The notes: generated by a model from the letters alone, not told the origin. Numbered from the stretch's first letter, positions 1 through 9,182 are shown. The stretch is DNA of 35,167 nt from Candidatus Micrarchaeota archaeon (GCA_043810635.1 JBDRNY010000028.1:1-35167); one strand, 5' to 3'. Program-made: numbers and translations.

Positions 1-1
1 G

Positions 2-328
2 ATGTTCAAAAAAACAAGTGTTTTGTACAGAAAATTCAATAAACCCCTAAATAGATTTTTCAACAAAGAAACATTGAGTGATATATCTGCCATGCAGTCA
101 GGGACTGTAACGCGTGTGCTTGAAAAAACCGGGGAGCTTAAAGGATTGAACAAGGAGGAAATGCTTGAATATGCAAATAATGCTGTTGACAAAGAGCTTA
201 AACGGACAAGATGGAAATATCACTTTAACATAACGGTTGTGCCAGAAGAATTTCATAAAATGCTTGCTGAAAACCTTACAGGGATAATAAAATGTGCCCC
301 AAAAAATATGAGAATCGGGAATATTTAG
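2..328 (+). CDS. Hypothetical protein, 3' part (probably truncated by window edge)
   Basis: Open frame from window start; stop overlaps the convergent glnA stop by 4 nt; no recognisable motif. Confidence 0.55.
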   Translation: MFKKTSVLYRKFNKPLNRFFNKETLSDISAMQSGTVTRVLEKTGELKGLNKEEMLEYANNAVDKELKRTRWKYHFNITVVPEEFHKMLAENLTGIIKCAPKNMRIGNI

Positions 329-1671
329 ATTGTTTCCAGATATTGGTTTACTTCCCAATCTGTAACTGCCACCCTGAATGAATCCCATTCTTTTGTTTTT
401 GCGCGCACATATTTTTTCAATAAATCCTCCCCCAATGCCGAGCAGATTGCATCATCTTCCTGCAAATATTTTATTGCCTGCCACAATGAATGGGGCAGGG
501 TGTCTATTTTTTTCTCTCCCAGCTTTTTTTCATCAAAGCCAAATACATCTTCTTCAACAGGGGAGGGCGGCTCTGTTTTATTTTTAATTCCGTCAATTCC
601 TGCTTTTAGCAATACTGCAAATGCAAGGTAGGGGTTTGCTGAAGGGTCGGGGTTGCGTATTTCAAGGCGGGTGGCTTTTTCTTTTCCGGGGGAATATTTT
701 GGAACGCGTATTAATGCAGAGCGGTTTATCTGCGCCCAGCAAATATAGGTGGCGGCTTCATAGCCCGGCACAAGCCGCTTGTAAGAATTTACCAATGGAT
801 TTAGTATTGCGCTCATGGCTTTTGCATGCTTCATCTGCCCGCCGAGGAAATAGTAAGCCACCTTTGATAATTTGTATTTGTCAGAAGAGTCGAAAAATGT
901 ATTCTCCCCATTGGGCGTGAAAAGGCTTTGGTGCACATGCATTCCATTTCCATTAATTCCTGTAATGGGCTTTGGCATAAATGTTGCATGAAGGGAGTGC
1001 TTTTGTGCAATTGCCTGTATGATGTATTTTAGGGTGATTACCCTGTCTGCTGTTGAAAGCGCTTCGCCGTATTTAAAATCAAGCTCATGCTGGCCAAATG
1101 CAACCTCATGATGGGATGCTTCAACATCTATATTCATTTTTTGTGCAACTGACATCATCTGCCGCCTTGCCTCAAATCCTGCATCCATTACCAAATCAAA
1201 ATACTGGCCCCTGTCATGGGGCTCTATTGTCCTGTCTACGGCTGTTTTAATCCCGCCGTTTTCTTTTTTAAACAAAAAGAATTCAAGCTCCGGGCCGGTG
1301 TTGAATATATAGCCCATCTCTTCCGCCTCTTTCATCACTTTTTTCAGCACATAGCGCGGGTCGCTGCCATAAGGCTTTCCGTCGGGCATGTACACATCGC
1401 ATATTATTCTTGCAACATTTGAGCCGTTTGATGCAAACCAGGGAATAATGCAATAGGTGGAAGTATCCGGGCGGAGCATCATATCGCTTTCAAATATTCT
1501 TGCAAACCCTTCAATAGAAGAGCCGTCAAACCAAAGCCCTTCAAGCGCATATTTGAATTTGCTTATGGGTATTGTCACGCTTTTTGCCATTCCCATCATG
1601 TCAGAAAACTGCAAATTCACGAATTCCACTTTGTCAATTTTCATTTTTGTAAGCAATTCATCAGAATCCAT
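325..1671 (-). CDS. glnA: Glutamine synthetase type I
   Basis: FDGSSIEGF, GPELEFF, HHEVAFGQHE, ATFMPKP..G.NGNGMHVHQS, RLEIRNPD motifs; ATG at 1671 follows GGTGTGAG. Confidence 0.97.
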   Translation of the reverse strand: MDSDELLTKMKIDKVEFVNLQFSDMMGMAKSVTIPISKFKYALEGLWFDGSSIEGFARIFESDMMLRPDTSTYCIIPWFASNGSNVARIICDVYMPDGKPYGSDPRYVLKKVMKEAEEMGYIFNTGPELEFFLFKKENGGIKTAVDRTIEPHDRGQYFDLVMDAGFEARRQMMSVAQKMNIDVEASHHEVAFGQHELDFKYGEALSTADRVITLKYIIQAIAQKHSLHATFMPKPITGINGNGMHVHQSLFTPNGENTFFDSSDKYKLSKVAYYFLGGQMKHAKAMSAILNPLVNSYKRLVPGYEAATYICWAQINRSALIRVPKYSPGKEKATRLEIRNPDPSANPYLAFAVLLKAGIDGIKNKTEPPSPVEEDVFGFDEKKLGEKKIDTLPHSLWQAIKYLQEDDAICSALGEDLLKKYVRAKTKEWDSFRVAVTDWEVNQYLETI

Positions 1672-1713
1672 TCTCACACCCCAAAAAACAATATAAAAAA
1701 GATTTGGATTAAC

Positions 1714-1725
1714 TTATATATATAA
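1714..1725. promoter_or_regulatory. Palindromic TATA box (TTATATATATAA) in the glnA/Lrp divergent spacer
   Basis: Perfect 12-bp palindrome about 43 nt upstream of the glnA ATG; matches the archaeal TATA consensus on both strands. Confidence 0.55.
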
Positions 1726-1837
1726 AATAGCCTGAAATTGGATAACAAATGAATAGAAAAATGGATGAAAGTAAGCAAATGTTAATTAATATGCTGAAAA
1801 ATAATAGAAATATAAACATTTGATGCAGGTGGGAGAG

Positions 1838-2281
1838 ATGGAATTGTCTGAGGTGGATAAGAGGATAGTTAATGTTTTGCAGGAAGACGGGAAATTGTCA
1901 TATCGTGAAATTGCGAAAAACACAAGGGTATCGCCTGTTACTGCAATGAAACATGTGCATATGCTCGAAAAAGAGAAGGTGATTAGGAAATATTCTGCAA
2001 TAATTGATTATGAAAAAATAGGGTTTGATGTATCAGTTATTGTGGATGTGAGGGTTGCAAAAGGGAAATTGTTCCAGGTTGAGAAAAAAATTGCAAGCCA
2101 CCCGAATGTTTATGCAGTGTATGACAATACGGGGCAGTTTGATGTAACAGTTATTGCAAGGTTTCGGACAAGGGCCGGAATGGATAAATTCTTGAAAAAT
2201 TTGCAGAGTTACGAATTTGTGGAAAGGACTGAAACCAAATTGATATTAAATACGATAAAAGAGGAAGGGGTGAAAGTGTAG
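1838..2281 (+). CDS. Lrp/AsnC-family transcriptional regulator
   Basis: N-terminal LSEVDKRIVNVLQEDGKLSYREIA HTH, IDYEKIG linker, TGQFD RAM domain; SD GGTGG. Confidence 0.95.
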   Translation: MELSEVDKRIVNVLQEDGKLSYREIAKNTRVSPVTAMKHVHMLEKEKVIRKYSAIIDYEKIGFDVSVIVDVRVAKGKLFQVEKKIASHPNVYAVYDNTGQFDVTVIARFRTRAGMDKFLKNLQSYEFVERTETKLILNTIKEEGVKV

Positions 2282-2339
2282 GAATATATTTAAACATTCA
2301 ATAAATGTGGATAACATGGCAAAAAGAAAAAATAACTTT

Positions 2340-2394
2340 TTGCCAGACTTTGCCGGAAATGCCCGGTAAAATTTGGAGGCAAAGCTGATGGTAA
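2340..2394 (+). promoter_or_regulatory. Family D start-codon-covering hairpin, copy 1 (uORF 2316-2369 MAKRKNNFLPDFAGNAR runs into it)
   Basis: TTGCCA-GA-CTTTGCC ... GGCAAAG-CT-GA-TGGTAA; homologous to the hairpin at 8353-8403. Confidence 0.7.
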
Positions 2395-2927
2395 CAAGAA
2401 AAAGGCGAAAAGCGGGAAGGAAGGCGGGAAAAGCGACAAAGGCGCGTGTAAAAAAAATAAAGCGGGCAAAAAAAGGCGGACAAAAATTGAAAAAGGCGAA
2501 AAAAACAAAGGCGGGAAGGAAAATTAGAGCAAAAAAAATATTGAAAGAGATGCCTGCTTCGGAAGAGAAAAAAATAATTTACAGAAATACTGCAAGATTT
2601 TATTCACTGCCTGTGCAATTAAACCTTGTAATAAACGGCACGCCGTTCCACCTCATAACCCATCCGTTTGTAAGGTTTCATGCAGTGCAATCCACAATTA
2701 TAGGGTGGAAATTTTCAATTACATATTCATTGCTGATAATTTTCTCATTATTGAATATATTTTTGTTTAAGGGAGTTTATTTGGAATGGCTGGTATTGCT
2801 GTTCGCTGCCGCTTTAATTGTGCATTCCCTTATTTCAATTTTTCTTATCAACAAAACTGAAAAAGGAAAAGTGGTTGCGCTGCCGATAATGGGCAGGATG
2901 GCAAGAAGGATTGCAATGGTGGGCTGA
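2388..2927 (+). CDS. DUF4870/Tic20-like membrane protein with Lys/Arg-rich N-terminus
   Basis: FVRFHAVQS motif, hydrophobic helices, C-terminal LPIMG; SD GGAGG; stop overlaps the eno start (TGATG). Confidence 0.7.
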   Translation: MVTRKRRKAGRKAGKATKARVKKIKRAKKGGQKLKKAKKTKAGRKIRAKKILKEMPASEEKKIIYRNTARFYSLPVQLNLVINGTPFHLITHPFVRFHAVQSTIIGWKFSITYSLLIIFSLLNIFLFKGVYLEWLVLLFAAALIVHSLISIFLINKTEKGKVVALPIMGRMARRIAMVG

Positions 2928-4196
2928 TGCCGAAAATAAAATCAATTTACGGGAGGCAGGTGCTGGACAGCAGGGGAAACCCTACAGTGCAGGCAATTGT
3001 TCAATTAGATAATGGAATTTGTGCAAGTGCGATTGCGCCCAGCGGGGCGTCTACAGGAAGATTGGAAGCAGTTGAATTAAGGGATGGCGGAAAAGAGTTT
3101 GAAGGGAAAGGAGTAGGCAGGGCCGTGAATAATATTAATACTGCAATTGCAAGGGCAGTTAAGGGGATGGATGCCGGAGAGTATGAAAAAATTGATGCAA
3201 AAATGTGTGAAATAGACGGCACTGCGAATAAGGCGAAATTAGGGGCAAATGCAACAACTGCAGTGTCAATGGCTGTATTAAGGGCTGCGGCAGCTGCAAA
3301 GGGGATGCCGATATATGAATTTATGGAGGGAAATGTGCTTCCGATTCCGTTTATGAATGTAATTAACGGGGGAAAGCATGCGGGCAGCGGGCTGGCTGTG
3401 CAGGAATTTATGCTTGCGCCTGTTGGATTTAAGAATTTTTCAGATGCCATGCGTGCCGGGGTGGAAGTTTATCATATACTTAAGGAAATTATTAAGAAAA
3501 GATATGGAAGCGGAGGAACAAATGTCGGGGATGAGGGGGGATTCGCCCCCATGGTGGAAGAAACCGGGGATGCGTTGCAATTATTGGAAGACGGAATTGA
3601 TGAAGCGGGGTATGGAAAAAAAGTTTTGCTTGCATCAGATGCTGCGGCAAGCGAATTTTATAATGAAAAATCTGAAAGATATTCTATTGACGGGCAGGAA
3701 TTGGAAGGGGATGAATTAATTGATTATTGGAAAAGCATTGCAGAGCAGTATCCGATAATAAGCTTGGAAGACCCGTTTGAAGAAAAAGATTTTTATCATT
3801 TTGCAAAATTGAGGGGGGAAATTGGAAAGAGGTGCCAAATTGTCGGGGATGATTTAACTGTTACAAATTTGAAAATGGTTAAAAAAGCAAAAAAAAGAGA
3901 GGGCAATTAATGCATTGCTTTTGAAAGTAAATCAAATTGGCACTGTAAGCGAAGCTGTTGAAGCGGCAGAATATTGTTTTGCCCATAAAATGGGCGTAAT
4001 GGTAAGCCATCGTTCGGGAGAAACCGAAGATACTACTATTGCGGATTTGGCTGTTGGATTGAATTGCGGGCAGATTAAAACAGGCGCGCCTGCAAGAGGG
4101 GAAAGAACTGCTAAATACAATAGATTGACTGCAATTGAAGAGGAATTGGGAAAAAAGGCAAAATATTTGGGGGAGAAAGCATTAGTCAGGTATTGA
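2927..4196 (+). CDS. eno: Enolase, split by a +1 frameshift in the A8 run at 3889-3896
   Basis: [30 protein letters not shown] in ORF 2927-3910; [26 protein letters not shown] in the next frame; deleting one A joins them. Confidence 0.93.
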
Positions 4197-4463
4197 TTTA
4201 TTTTCTTTTTTTGGAAAATGGTTTTTGAAAAAATCTTTTATAGGGTGCTTTTTCTCTTTATTTTGGGTGGAATTTTCGGATTGCTCAGAATTTTCAGGGA
4301 TAATACGCCTGATGAAGACGTTATTTTCTTTTTCATCATAAGTGACTGTGACACTAAACCCTTCCTTTCTAATAAGATTGACTGCTCTCATTATTCTTTT
4401 TCTTACTTTTCGGTCGACAACTTCCATCTTAGGGATATCTGAAAATTTCTTCATGCAACCCAC
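4182..4463 (-). CDS. Small hypothetical protein
   Basis: 93-aa ORF 6 nt downstream of the preceding minus-strand gene; fills the gap and overlaps the eno 3' end by 15 nt. Confidence 0.55.
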   Translation of the reverse strand: MGCMKKFSDIPKMEVVDRKVRKRIMRAVNLIRKEGFSVTVTYDEKENNVFIRRIIPENSEQSENSTQNKEKKHPIKDFFKNHFPKKENKSIPD

Positions 4464-4469
4464 TTTTTC

Positions 4470-5135
4470 CTAATCAATATTTTTCTCAACCCAGCTTTGG
4501 GTTTTGAATCCGGAAGCAGTGTAATTTGAGTTTATTACAATGCTTGGAAAGGAATTTACTTCATATTTCATCATAAGCGCATCAACAATCGCGCTTCCAA
4601 GCTCTCCGTCAAAAGAGTAGATTCTTACATTTTCGCCAAGCTTTTTCTTTAATTGTGAAAGCTCTTCCCCCTGCTGGGCGCAGTCATCGCATTGTTTGTT
4701 CGAATAAAAGTAAAGTATGGTGGAATAGTTTGCACCGCATGTACCCCTCACTTTTTGGGAAAGAAGGAAAGTGTTTGCCTCAAGCATAAAATATTTTTTC
4801 TTAAGTTCAACATCTTCAACTCCCCTCTTTTCCTCAAGATAAGATATTTTGCTTCCCAATTCTTCGGTTCGGATGTCTAATTTTGACAATTCATCCCTGT
4901 ATACGGGGCAGAAGGCGGGGGAATCCTCTTCAAGAAGGTAGAGAAGCTCGATGGAATTTATGTCAGCACTCACTTCATCTATTCCCGAAGAAAGCCCTGT
5001 AATGCTTGCCTGCTCAATCATTTTTCCGATATAAATTCCTGATATGAAAATAATCGTGCTGATAAACAGTGCCGCAAGGTAGAGGGAAAGGCTTATTCTC
5101 CTCTGGGTGGGGCGGGCATTATCCAAAATTATCAC
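4470..5135 (-). CDS. Membrane-anchored protein with C-terminal thioredoxin-like fold
   Basis: N-terminal TM helix; ILYFYS...CDDC and FPSIVIN (cis-Pro) motifs; start overlaps the GT2 stop. Confidence 0.75.
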   Translation of the reverse strand: MIILDNARPTQRRISLSLYLAALFISTIIFISGIYIGKMIEQASITGLSSGIDEVSADINSIELLYLLEEDSPAFCPVYRDELSKLDIRTEELGSKISYLEEKRGVEDVELKKKYFMLEANTFLLSQKVRGTCGANYSTILYFYSNKQCDDCAQQGEELSQLKKKLGENVRIYSFDGELGSAIVDALMMKYEVNSFPSIVINSNYTASGFKTQSWVEKNID

Positions 5136-6337
5136 CAGCTGAATTTTCCTCCGCTTTTTATTTCATTATATGCGGCGGAAAACCAGAATATTGTTATTAA
5201 GACGGGATATAATAAAAGGTATAGCACTACGGAACGCAGGCTGAATTTGTCATGCGCAAACATTTTTTTCATTCCGAAGAAAAACCAGAAAAACAAAAAT
5301 CCTATCCAAACAATGATGAGTATGTGGATAAGATTCAGGTTTAGGAAAAGCAAATCCCATCCCCAGAATATTCCATATTCCCCGAATGTAATCATCCTGT
5401 AAGAAAGTATGGAGAGGGAGACAACAAGCATTATGTATCCGAGCATGGTGAAAGGCATTACAATAATTCCCAAATCCCCGTATTTTGGATTGATTAATCC
5501 AAGGTATTTTACAGCATTCCAAAAACCGCCCCTCTGCCACCTTGTTCTTTGCTTCATAAGCTCGAAAAAACTGCGGGGAATTTCAGTGTAGATGTCGCTG
5601 TCTGTTGTGCTGTTTATCAAATATCCGTGCTTTTGTATGCGCAGGGCGATTTCCTGGTCTTCAACAAGGCTTTTTGTATCAAAACCCCCCACTTCCAGCA
5701 ATACTTTTCTTCGGTATATGCTGAAAGGGCCGGGTGTCACTGTAACAGATTGGAGCATGTTCATTATTTTTCTTGAAAAAAGCGCAAACAAATATTCAAC
5801 CCTCTGCACATCTTCAAGAATATTTCTTGCTTTTCTTACTTTTACTGCAGAAGCTACTGCGGCGACTTTTTCCGAATCAAAATTTGCAAGAATGCGCCTC
5901 AAAGAGTAGGGGCTTACATATGAATCCGCGTCAAGGCATGCCACCATTTCCCCTTTTGCCCTTTGTATTGCAAAATTCAGGCTGTCTGCTTTCCCGCTGT
6001 TTTTCTTTCTTATCAATTTTATGCATTTGTGCTCTTTTGCAAGCTTTTGGGCTATTTTTGCAGTATCATCTTTTGAGCCGTCGTCAACAACAATTATTTC
6101 AAGCTTTTCTTTCGGATAATCCAGGGAAAGCACTGAATTCACGCATCCTTTTATATAATCCTCCTCGTTGTATGCAGGAATTATTATGCTTACAGTAGGG
6201 GTCCAGCCGGTAATTTCCCTCTTTTTCTCGTGGATATTGCCCATATTGCGCAAATATACAAGGGTAAAAAGCACTGCTACAAAAAGGCCTACGAATGCAA
6301 AGAAATATTCTACAAACCACAGCTGCATTAGAACCAC
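5132..6337 (-). CDS. Processive GT2 glycosyltransferase (PgaC/IcaA/cellulose-synthase-like)
   Basis: PAYNE, DDGS, DAD, ED and QRTRW (QxxRW) motifs; N- and C-terminal TM helices. Confidence 0.92.
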   Translation of the reverse strand: MVLMQLWFVEYFFAFVGLFVAVLFTLVYLRNMGNIHEKKREITGWTPTVSIIIPAYNEEDYIKGCVNSVLSLDYPKEKLEIIVVDDGSKDDTAKIAQKLAKEHKCIKLIRKKNSGKADSLNFAIQRAKGEMVACLDADSYVSPYSLRRILANFDSEKVAAVASAVKVRKARNILEDVQRVEYLFALFSRKIMNMLQSVTVTPGPFSIYRRKVLLEVGGFDTKSLVEDQEIALRIQKHGYLINSTTDSDIYTEIPRSFFELMKQRTRWQRGGFWNAVKYLGLINPKYGDLGIIVMPFTMLGYIMLVVSLSILSYRMITFGEYGIFWGWDLLFLNLNLIHILIIVWIGFLFFWFFFGMKKMFAHDKFSLRSVVLYLLLYPVLITIFWFSAAYNEIKSGGKFSW

Positions 6338-6433
6338 ATATTGCCAGAATAAATTATACGGGCATGTAATATAAAAATTTCAAAAACACGCTTTAAAAAC
6401 CTTTTAGAGGGGAAAAATGAAAAAGCAAGGCAG

Positions 6434-7387
6434 TTATTTTGCCTTAGATTCATCTTTTTTGGAAGAGGGTTTCTTTTCATCATGCTTGCTTATTTCATCC
6501 TTTTCTCCGGGGGGTTTTTCCCCCTGCTCTGCATCCGGCTTTTCCTCCTGCTTCGGCGCCTTTTTCTCGTGTTTTGGTTTTTTGGAAGGTTTTTCCTCTT
6601 TTTCTTCCTTTTCATCCTTTTTCTCGGATTCTTTTCCTTCCTCCTCCTTTTTCTTGCCCGCTTCCTTTTCATCCTTTTTCTCGGATTCTTCTTTTTCCTT
6701 CTCTTTTTCCACCTTTGCCTCTTCTTCTTTTATTTCCTCAACTTTTTTATCAGCCTCTTCGTCTTTTTTCTCCTCGTCGCTAAGCTTGGTTGCAAGCTCT
6801 TCAAATTCCTCAAATGTAAGCTTGAATTCGTCATAAGAAGAAACTTTTCCCCCTGTCATGGCAAGCTCGCGCGCAAGCAACCAGAATATTAATGAAAGCG
6901 AGCGCCTTCCTTTGTTGTTGCAGGGTATTGCCCAGTCAATAAACATTGTGAAATTGTCTGTATCGCACAAACCTACTGTCGGAATGCCCATCTTGCCGCA
7001 CTCAACTACTGCCTGCCTTTCCCCTTTCGGGTCGCTTACAAAAACAAGCTTTGGCTCGGTAAAGTCGTCTCTTGCAACGTTTGTGAATGTGCCGGGAATA
7101 AACCTTCCGCTCACTACTTTGCACCCTGTCAATTTTGCAAAAGCTTTTGCCGCCAAAGAAGAATAAGTTCTGCTTGCAATAATAACAATGTCGGAAGGCT
7201 CGTATTTTGAAAGCACCTTTCCTGCAAGCCTTATTCTTTCATCAACTTTCCTTAAATCCAATACATACAATCCATCATTCCTCATCCTGTAAATAAAGCG
7301 CGCCATGTCGATTGTGCGCAACTTTGTCCCGATATGAATACCGGTTTCCAAATACTTCTCTTGTTTTATCAACAATCCTTCAGCCAT
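6434..7387 (-). CDS. rps2: 30S ribosomal protein uS2 with ~110-aa K/E-rich C-terminal tail
   Basis: YLETGIHIGT, GRFIPGTFTN, LCDTDN, IPCNNKG; SD GGTGA. Confidence 0.96.
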   Translation of the reverse strand: MAEGLLIKQEKYLETGIHIGTKLRTIDMARFIYRMRNDGLYVLDLRKVDERIRLAGKVLSKYEPSDIVIIASRTYSSLAAKAFAKLTGCKVVSGRFIPGTFTNVARDDFTEPKLVFVSDPKGERQAVVECGKMGIPTVGLCDTDNFTMFIDWAIPCNNKGRRSLSLIFWLLARELAMTGGKVSSYDEFKLTFEEFEELATKLSDEEKKDEEADKKVEEIKEEEAKVEKEKEKEESEKKDEKEAGKKKEEEGKESEKKDEKEEKEEKPSKKPKHEKKAPKQEEKPDAEQGEKPPGEKDEISKHDEKKPSSKKDESKAK

Positions 7388-7472
7388 TTCATCACCTTTT
7401 GCAAGAGGTCCGCAGAAACACACGCATTATGCGAGGCCACTTCTTTCGGGCACACTTGCGTATTAACATAAA

Positions 7473-7622
7473 TTTTTCTTTTTTTTCTTTTTTTTCAAGG
7501 GGTTTTTTCTTTTTTTTTCTTTTGGGGGTGAAACCCCTACAAAGCCCTACGGGCTTTGGGGCCCCAAGACGCGAAGCATCTTGTAGGGCCTCAGACCCTT
7601 TTCTTTTCTAAAAAGAAAAGGG
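7473..7622. repeat. Composite degenerate family A element with nested family B double hairpin
   Basis: Mirror-like T tracts around CAAGGGG; GGGGT-GAA-ACCCC hairpin; B element 7535-7588; perfect CCCTTTTCTTTT/AAAAGAAAAGGG hairpin. Confidence 0.7.
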
Positions 7623-7632
7623 GATATGGGAA

Positions 7633-7706
7633 TGGGGCCACCGAGATTTGAACTCAGATAACCAGCACCCCAAGCTGGCAGGATAGCCAGATTACCTCAT
7701 GGCCCC
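7633..7706 (-). tRNA. tRNA-Pro(GGG)
   Basis: Cloverleaf GGGGCCA/TGGCCCC, anticodon arm CCAGC-TT-GGG-GT-GCTGG, T-loop TTCAAAT; follows rpoN as in other archaea. Confidence 0.95.
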
Positions 7707-7714
7707 GAATAATA

Positions 7715-7912
7715 TTACATTTTATCGTACTTCGCCACCTTGTCCATTATTTCCACATGGGAGATAAACATGCGCCTGCAGCATATGCGCTTAACTCCTA
7801 AATCATCAAGCACATCAGCAGGCTTCTCGCCAGCTTTCACCCGGGAAATATAATCTTCCCAGTGATGCGCGATAGGTGCGCCGCATGTAAAACATCTTAT
7901 TGGAAAATACAT
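7715..7912 (-). CDS. rpoN: RNA polymerase subunit N (Rpo10)
   Basis: PIRCFTCG ... [13 protein letters not shown]. Confidence 0.97.
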   Translation of the reverse strand: MYFPIRCFTCGAPIAHHWEDYISRVKAGEKPADVLDDLGVKRICCRRMFISHVEIMDKVAKYDKM

Positions 7913-7924
7913 TGACATCCCCCT

Positions 7925-8362
7925 TTACCTGTACGATTTCTGGAATCTTGCGCGTGCTTTTGGCCCTTGGTATTTCTTAGGCTCAATGCGCCTTGAATCT
8001 TCTGCAACCAAAAACCTGTCGTGTTTGAGCATTTTTTCCTTTAATGAGGCGTCTCCTGAAAATTTGACAAGCGCGCGGGCGATTGCAAGCCTTGCAGCCT
8101 GCGCCTGCCCCATTGCCCCGCCGCCTTTTACATTGACATGTATATTTGCCTTTGAAGCAACTTCTTTTGCAAGATTAATAGGCTCGTAAATCAATTCCCG
8201 CATATATTTATTCGGAATTGCGTTTATGTTTATAGAATTTATCCTTACAATTCCTTTTCCGTTGCAAATGGATGCGCGGGCAGTGCTTTCCTTTCTTTTT
8301 CCCCTCGCAACTATTCCGGCTTTTTTTCTTGAAGTTTTTGAAGATTTTCTTTTTTTTGCCAT
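7925..8362 (-). CDS. rps9: 30S ribosomal protein uS9
   Basis: GKRKESTARA, VKGGGAMGQAQA, C-terminal GPKARARFQKSYR. Confidence 0.97.
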   Translation of the reverse strand: MAKKRKSSKTSRKKAGIVARGKRKESTARASICNGKGIVRINSININAIPNKYMRELIYEPINLAKEVASKANIHVNVKGGGAMGQAQAARLAIARALVKFSGDASLKEKMLKHDRFLVAEDSRRIEPKKYQGPKARARFQKSYR

Positions 8363-8427
8363 CAGCTTCGCCTCCATCTAATTTCGGCGAAGTCTGGCAA
8401 AAATGTTTTTGCTGTTTTTTTTGCCAT
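8353..8427 (-). promoter_or_regulatory. Family D hairpin copy 2 plus 21-aa uORF (8362-8427, MAKKTAKTFLPDFAEIRWRRS)
   Basis: TTTTTGCCA-GA-CTTCGCC ... GGCGAAG-CT-GA-TGGCAAAAA; uORF has SD GGTGG and its TGA overlaps the rps9 ATG. Confidence 0.7.
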
Positions 8428-8435
8428 AACACCAC

Positions 8436-8858
8436 CTAAGATTTGAATCCAAACGCCCCGCAAAGCTTGCCCATAGTCGTGCTTTTGAACAAATCTTTTC
8501 TTGCAAGGGCTGGATCTGAAACCGCATTTTTCATATCAACATCTGACGGAACATCATTGTACACTTTGAGGCGCTTGAGCGCTTCCCTTCCGCGCCTGGT
8601 TTTTTTCGGGAGCATTCCCTTCACTATTTTTTTGAAGAGAAGGTGGGGGGTGCGCGGGTATTTTACGGAATTTTCAGGGTTTCTTTTGTCTTTAAGGCTC
8701 CTTCTTACCTTAAGCTTTTCCGTTTGGAATTTCAAAGTTCCGCTCAATACCAGGTCTCTTGCGTTTGCAACTATTACCTGCTCGCCCACAAGAATGCTTT
8801 TTACAATTTTTGCGGCAAGCCTTCCAGCAACAATTCCTTTTCCGTCATAAATTTTCAT
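8436..8858 (-). CDS. rpl13: 50S ribosomal protein uL13
   Basis: IYDGKGIVAGRLAA, YPRTP..LFKKIVKGMLP, GREALKRLKVY; synteny. Confidence 0.95.
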   Translation of the reverse strand: MKIYDGKGIVAGRLAAKIVKSILVGEQVIVANARDLVLSGTLKFQTEKLKVRRSLKDKRNPENSVKYPRTPHLLFKKIVKGMLPKKTRRGREALKRLKVYNDVPSDVDMKNAVSDPALARKDLFKSTTMGKLCGAFGFKS

Positions 8859-8867
8859 TGCATTCAC

Positions 8868-9182
8868 CTACACAAGCACCGAAATGTTTTTTCCGTCCGG
8901 ATTTTTCTTTTTTATTTCATCAACAGAAACAATTTTTCCGCCGGATTTTTTTATTGCCTCTTTTGCGCCTTCACTGAATCCGAGCGCCGCAATTGTAATC
9001 GGGTGGGAAATGCTTCCGCTTCCGAGCACCTTGTCTGCAACAACAACAGTCTGCCCGGATTTTGTTATTTTTGAGAGCCTGGAAAGGTTCATGCCTCTTC
9101 GAGCTCGCACAGACCTGGAAAGCAATTCCTTTGCCCTCTTCCAAAAGCCCGCACTTTTTTCATCTTTTTTCGCTCCTTCCAT
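8868..9182 (-). CDS. rpl18e: 50S ribosomal protein eL18 (short N-terminus)
   Basis: W..AKELL, NLSRL, VVVADKVLGSG, AALGFSEGAKEAIKKSGG; SD GGTGA before ATG 9182. Confidence 0.93.
   Translation of the reverse strand: MEGAKKDEKSAGFWKRAKELLSRSVRARRGMNLSRLSKITKSGQTVVVADKVLGSGSISHPITIAALGFSEGAKEAIKKSGGKIVSVDEIKKKNPDGKNISVLV

Noticed and set aside
7392..7469. 25-aa basic ORF as eL41/eS32
   Set aside because: Lacks the KWxKKRxRRLKR pattern; kept only as a possible uORF.
7535..7588. Classical GTAG-family REP/REPIN
   Set aside because: Tetranucleotide polarity is CTAC...GTAG, opposite to the GTAG-hairpin arrangement of canonical REPs, and no RAYT is adjacent; treated as an analogy only.
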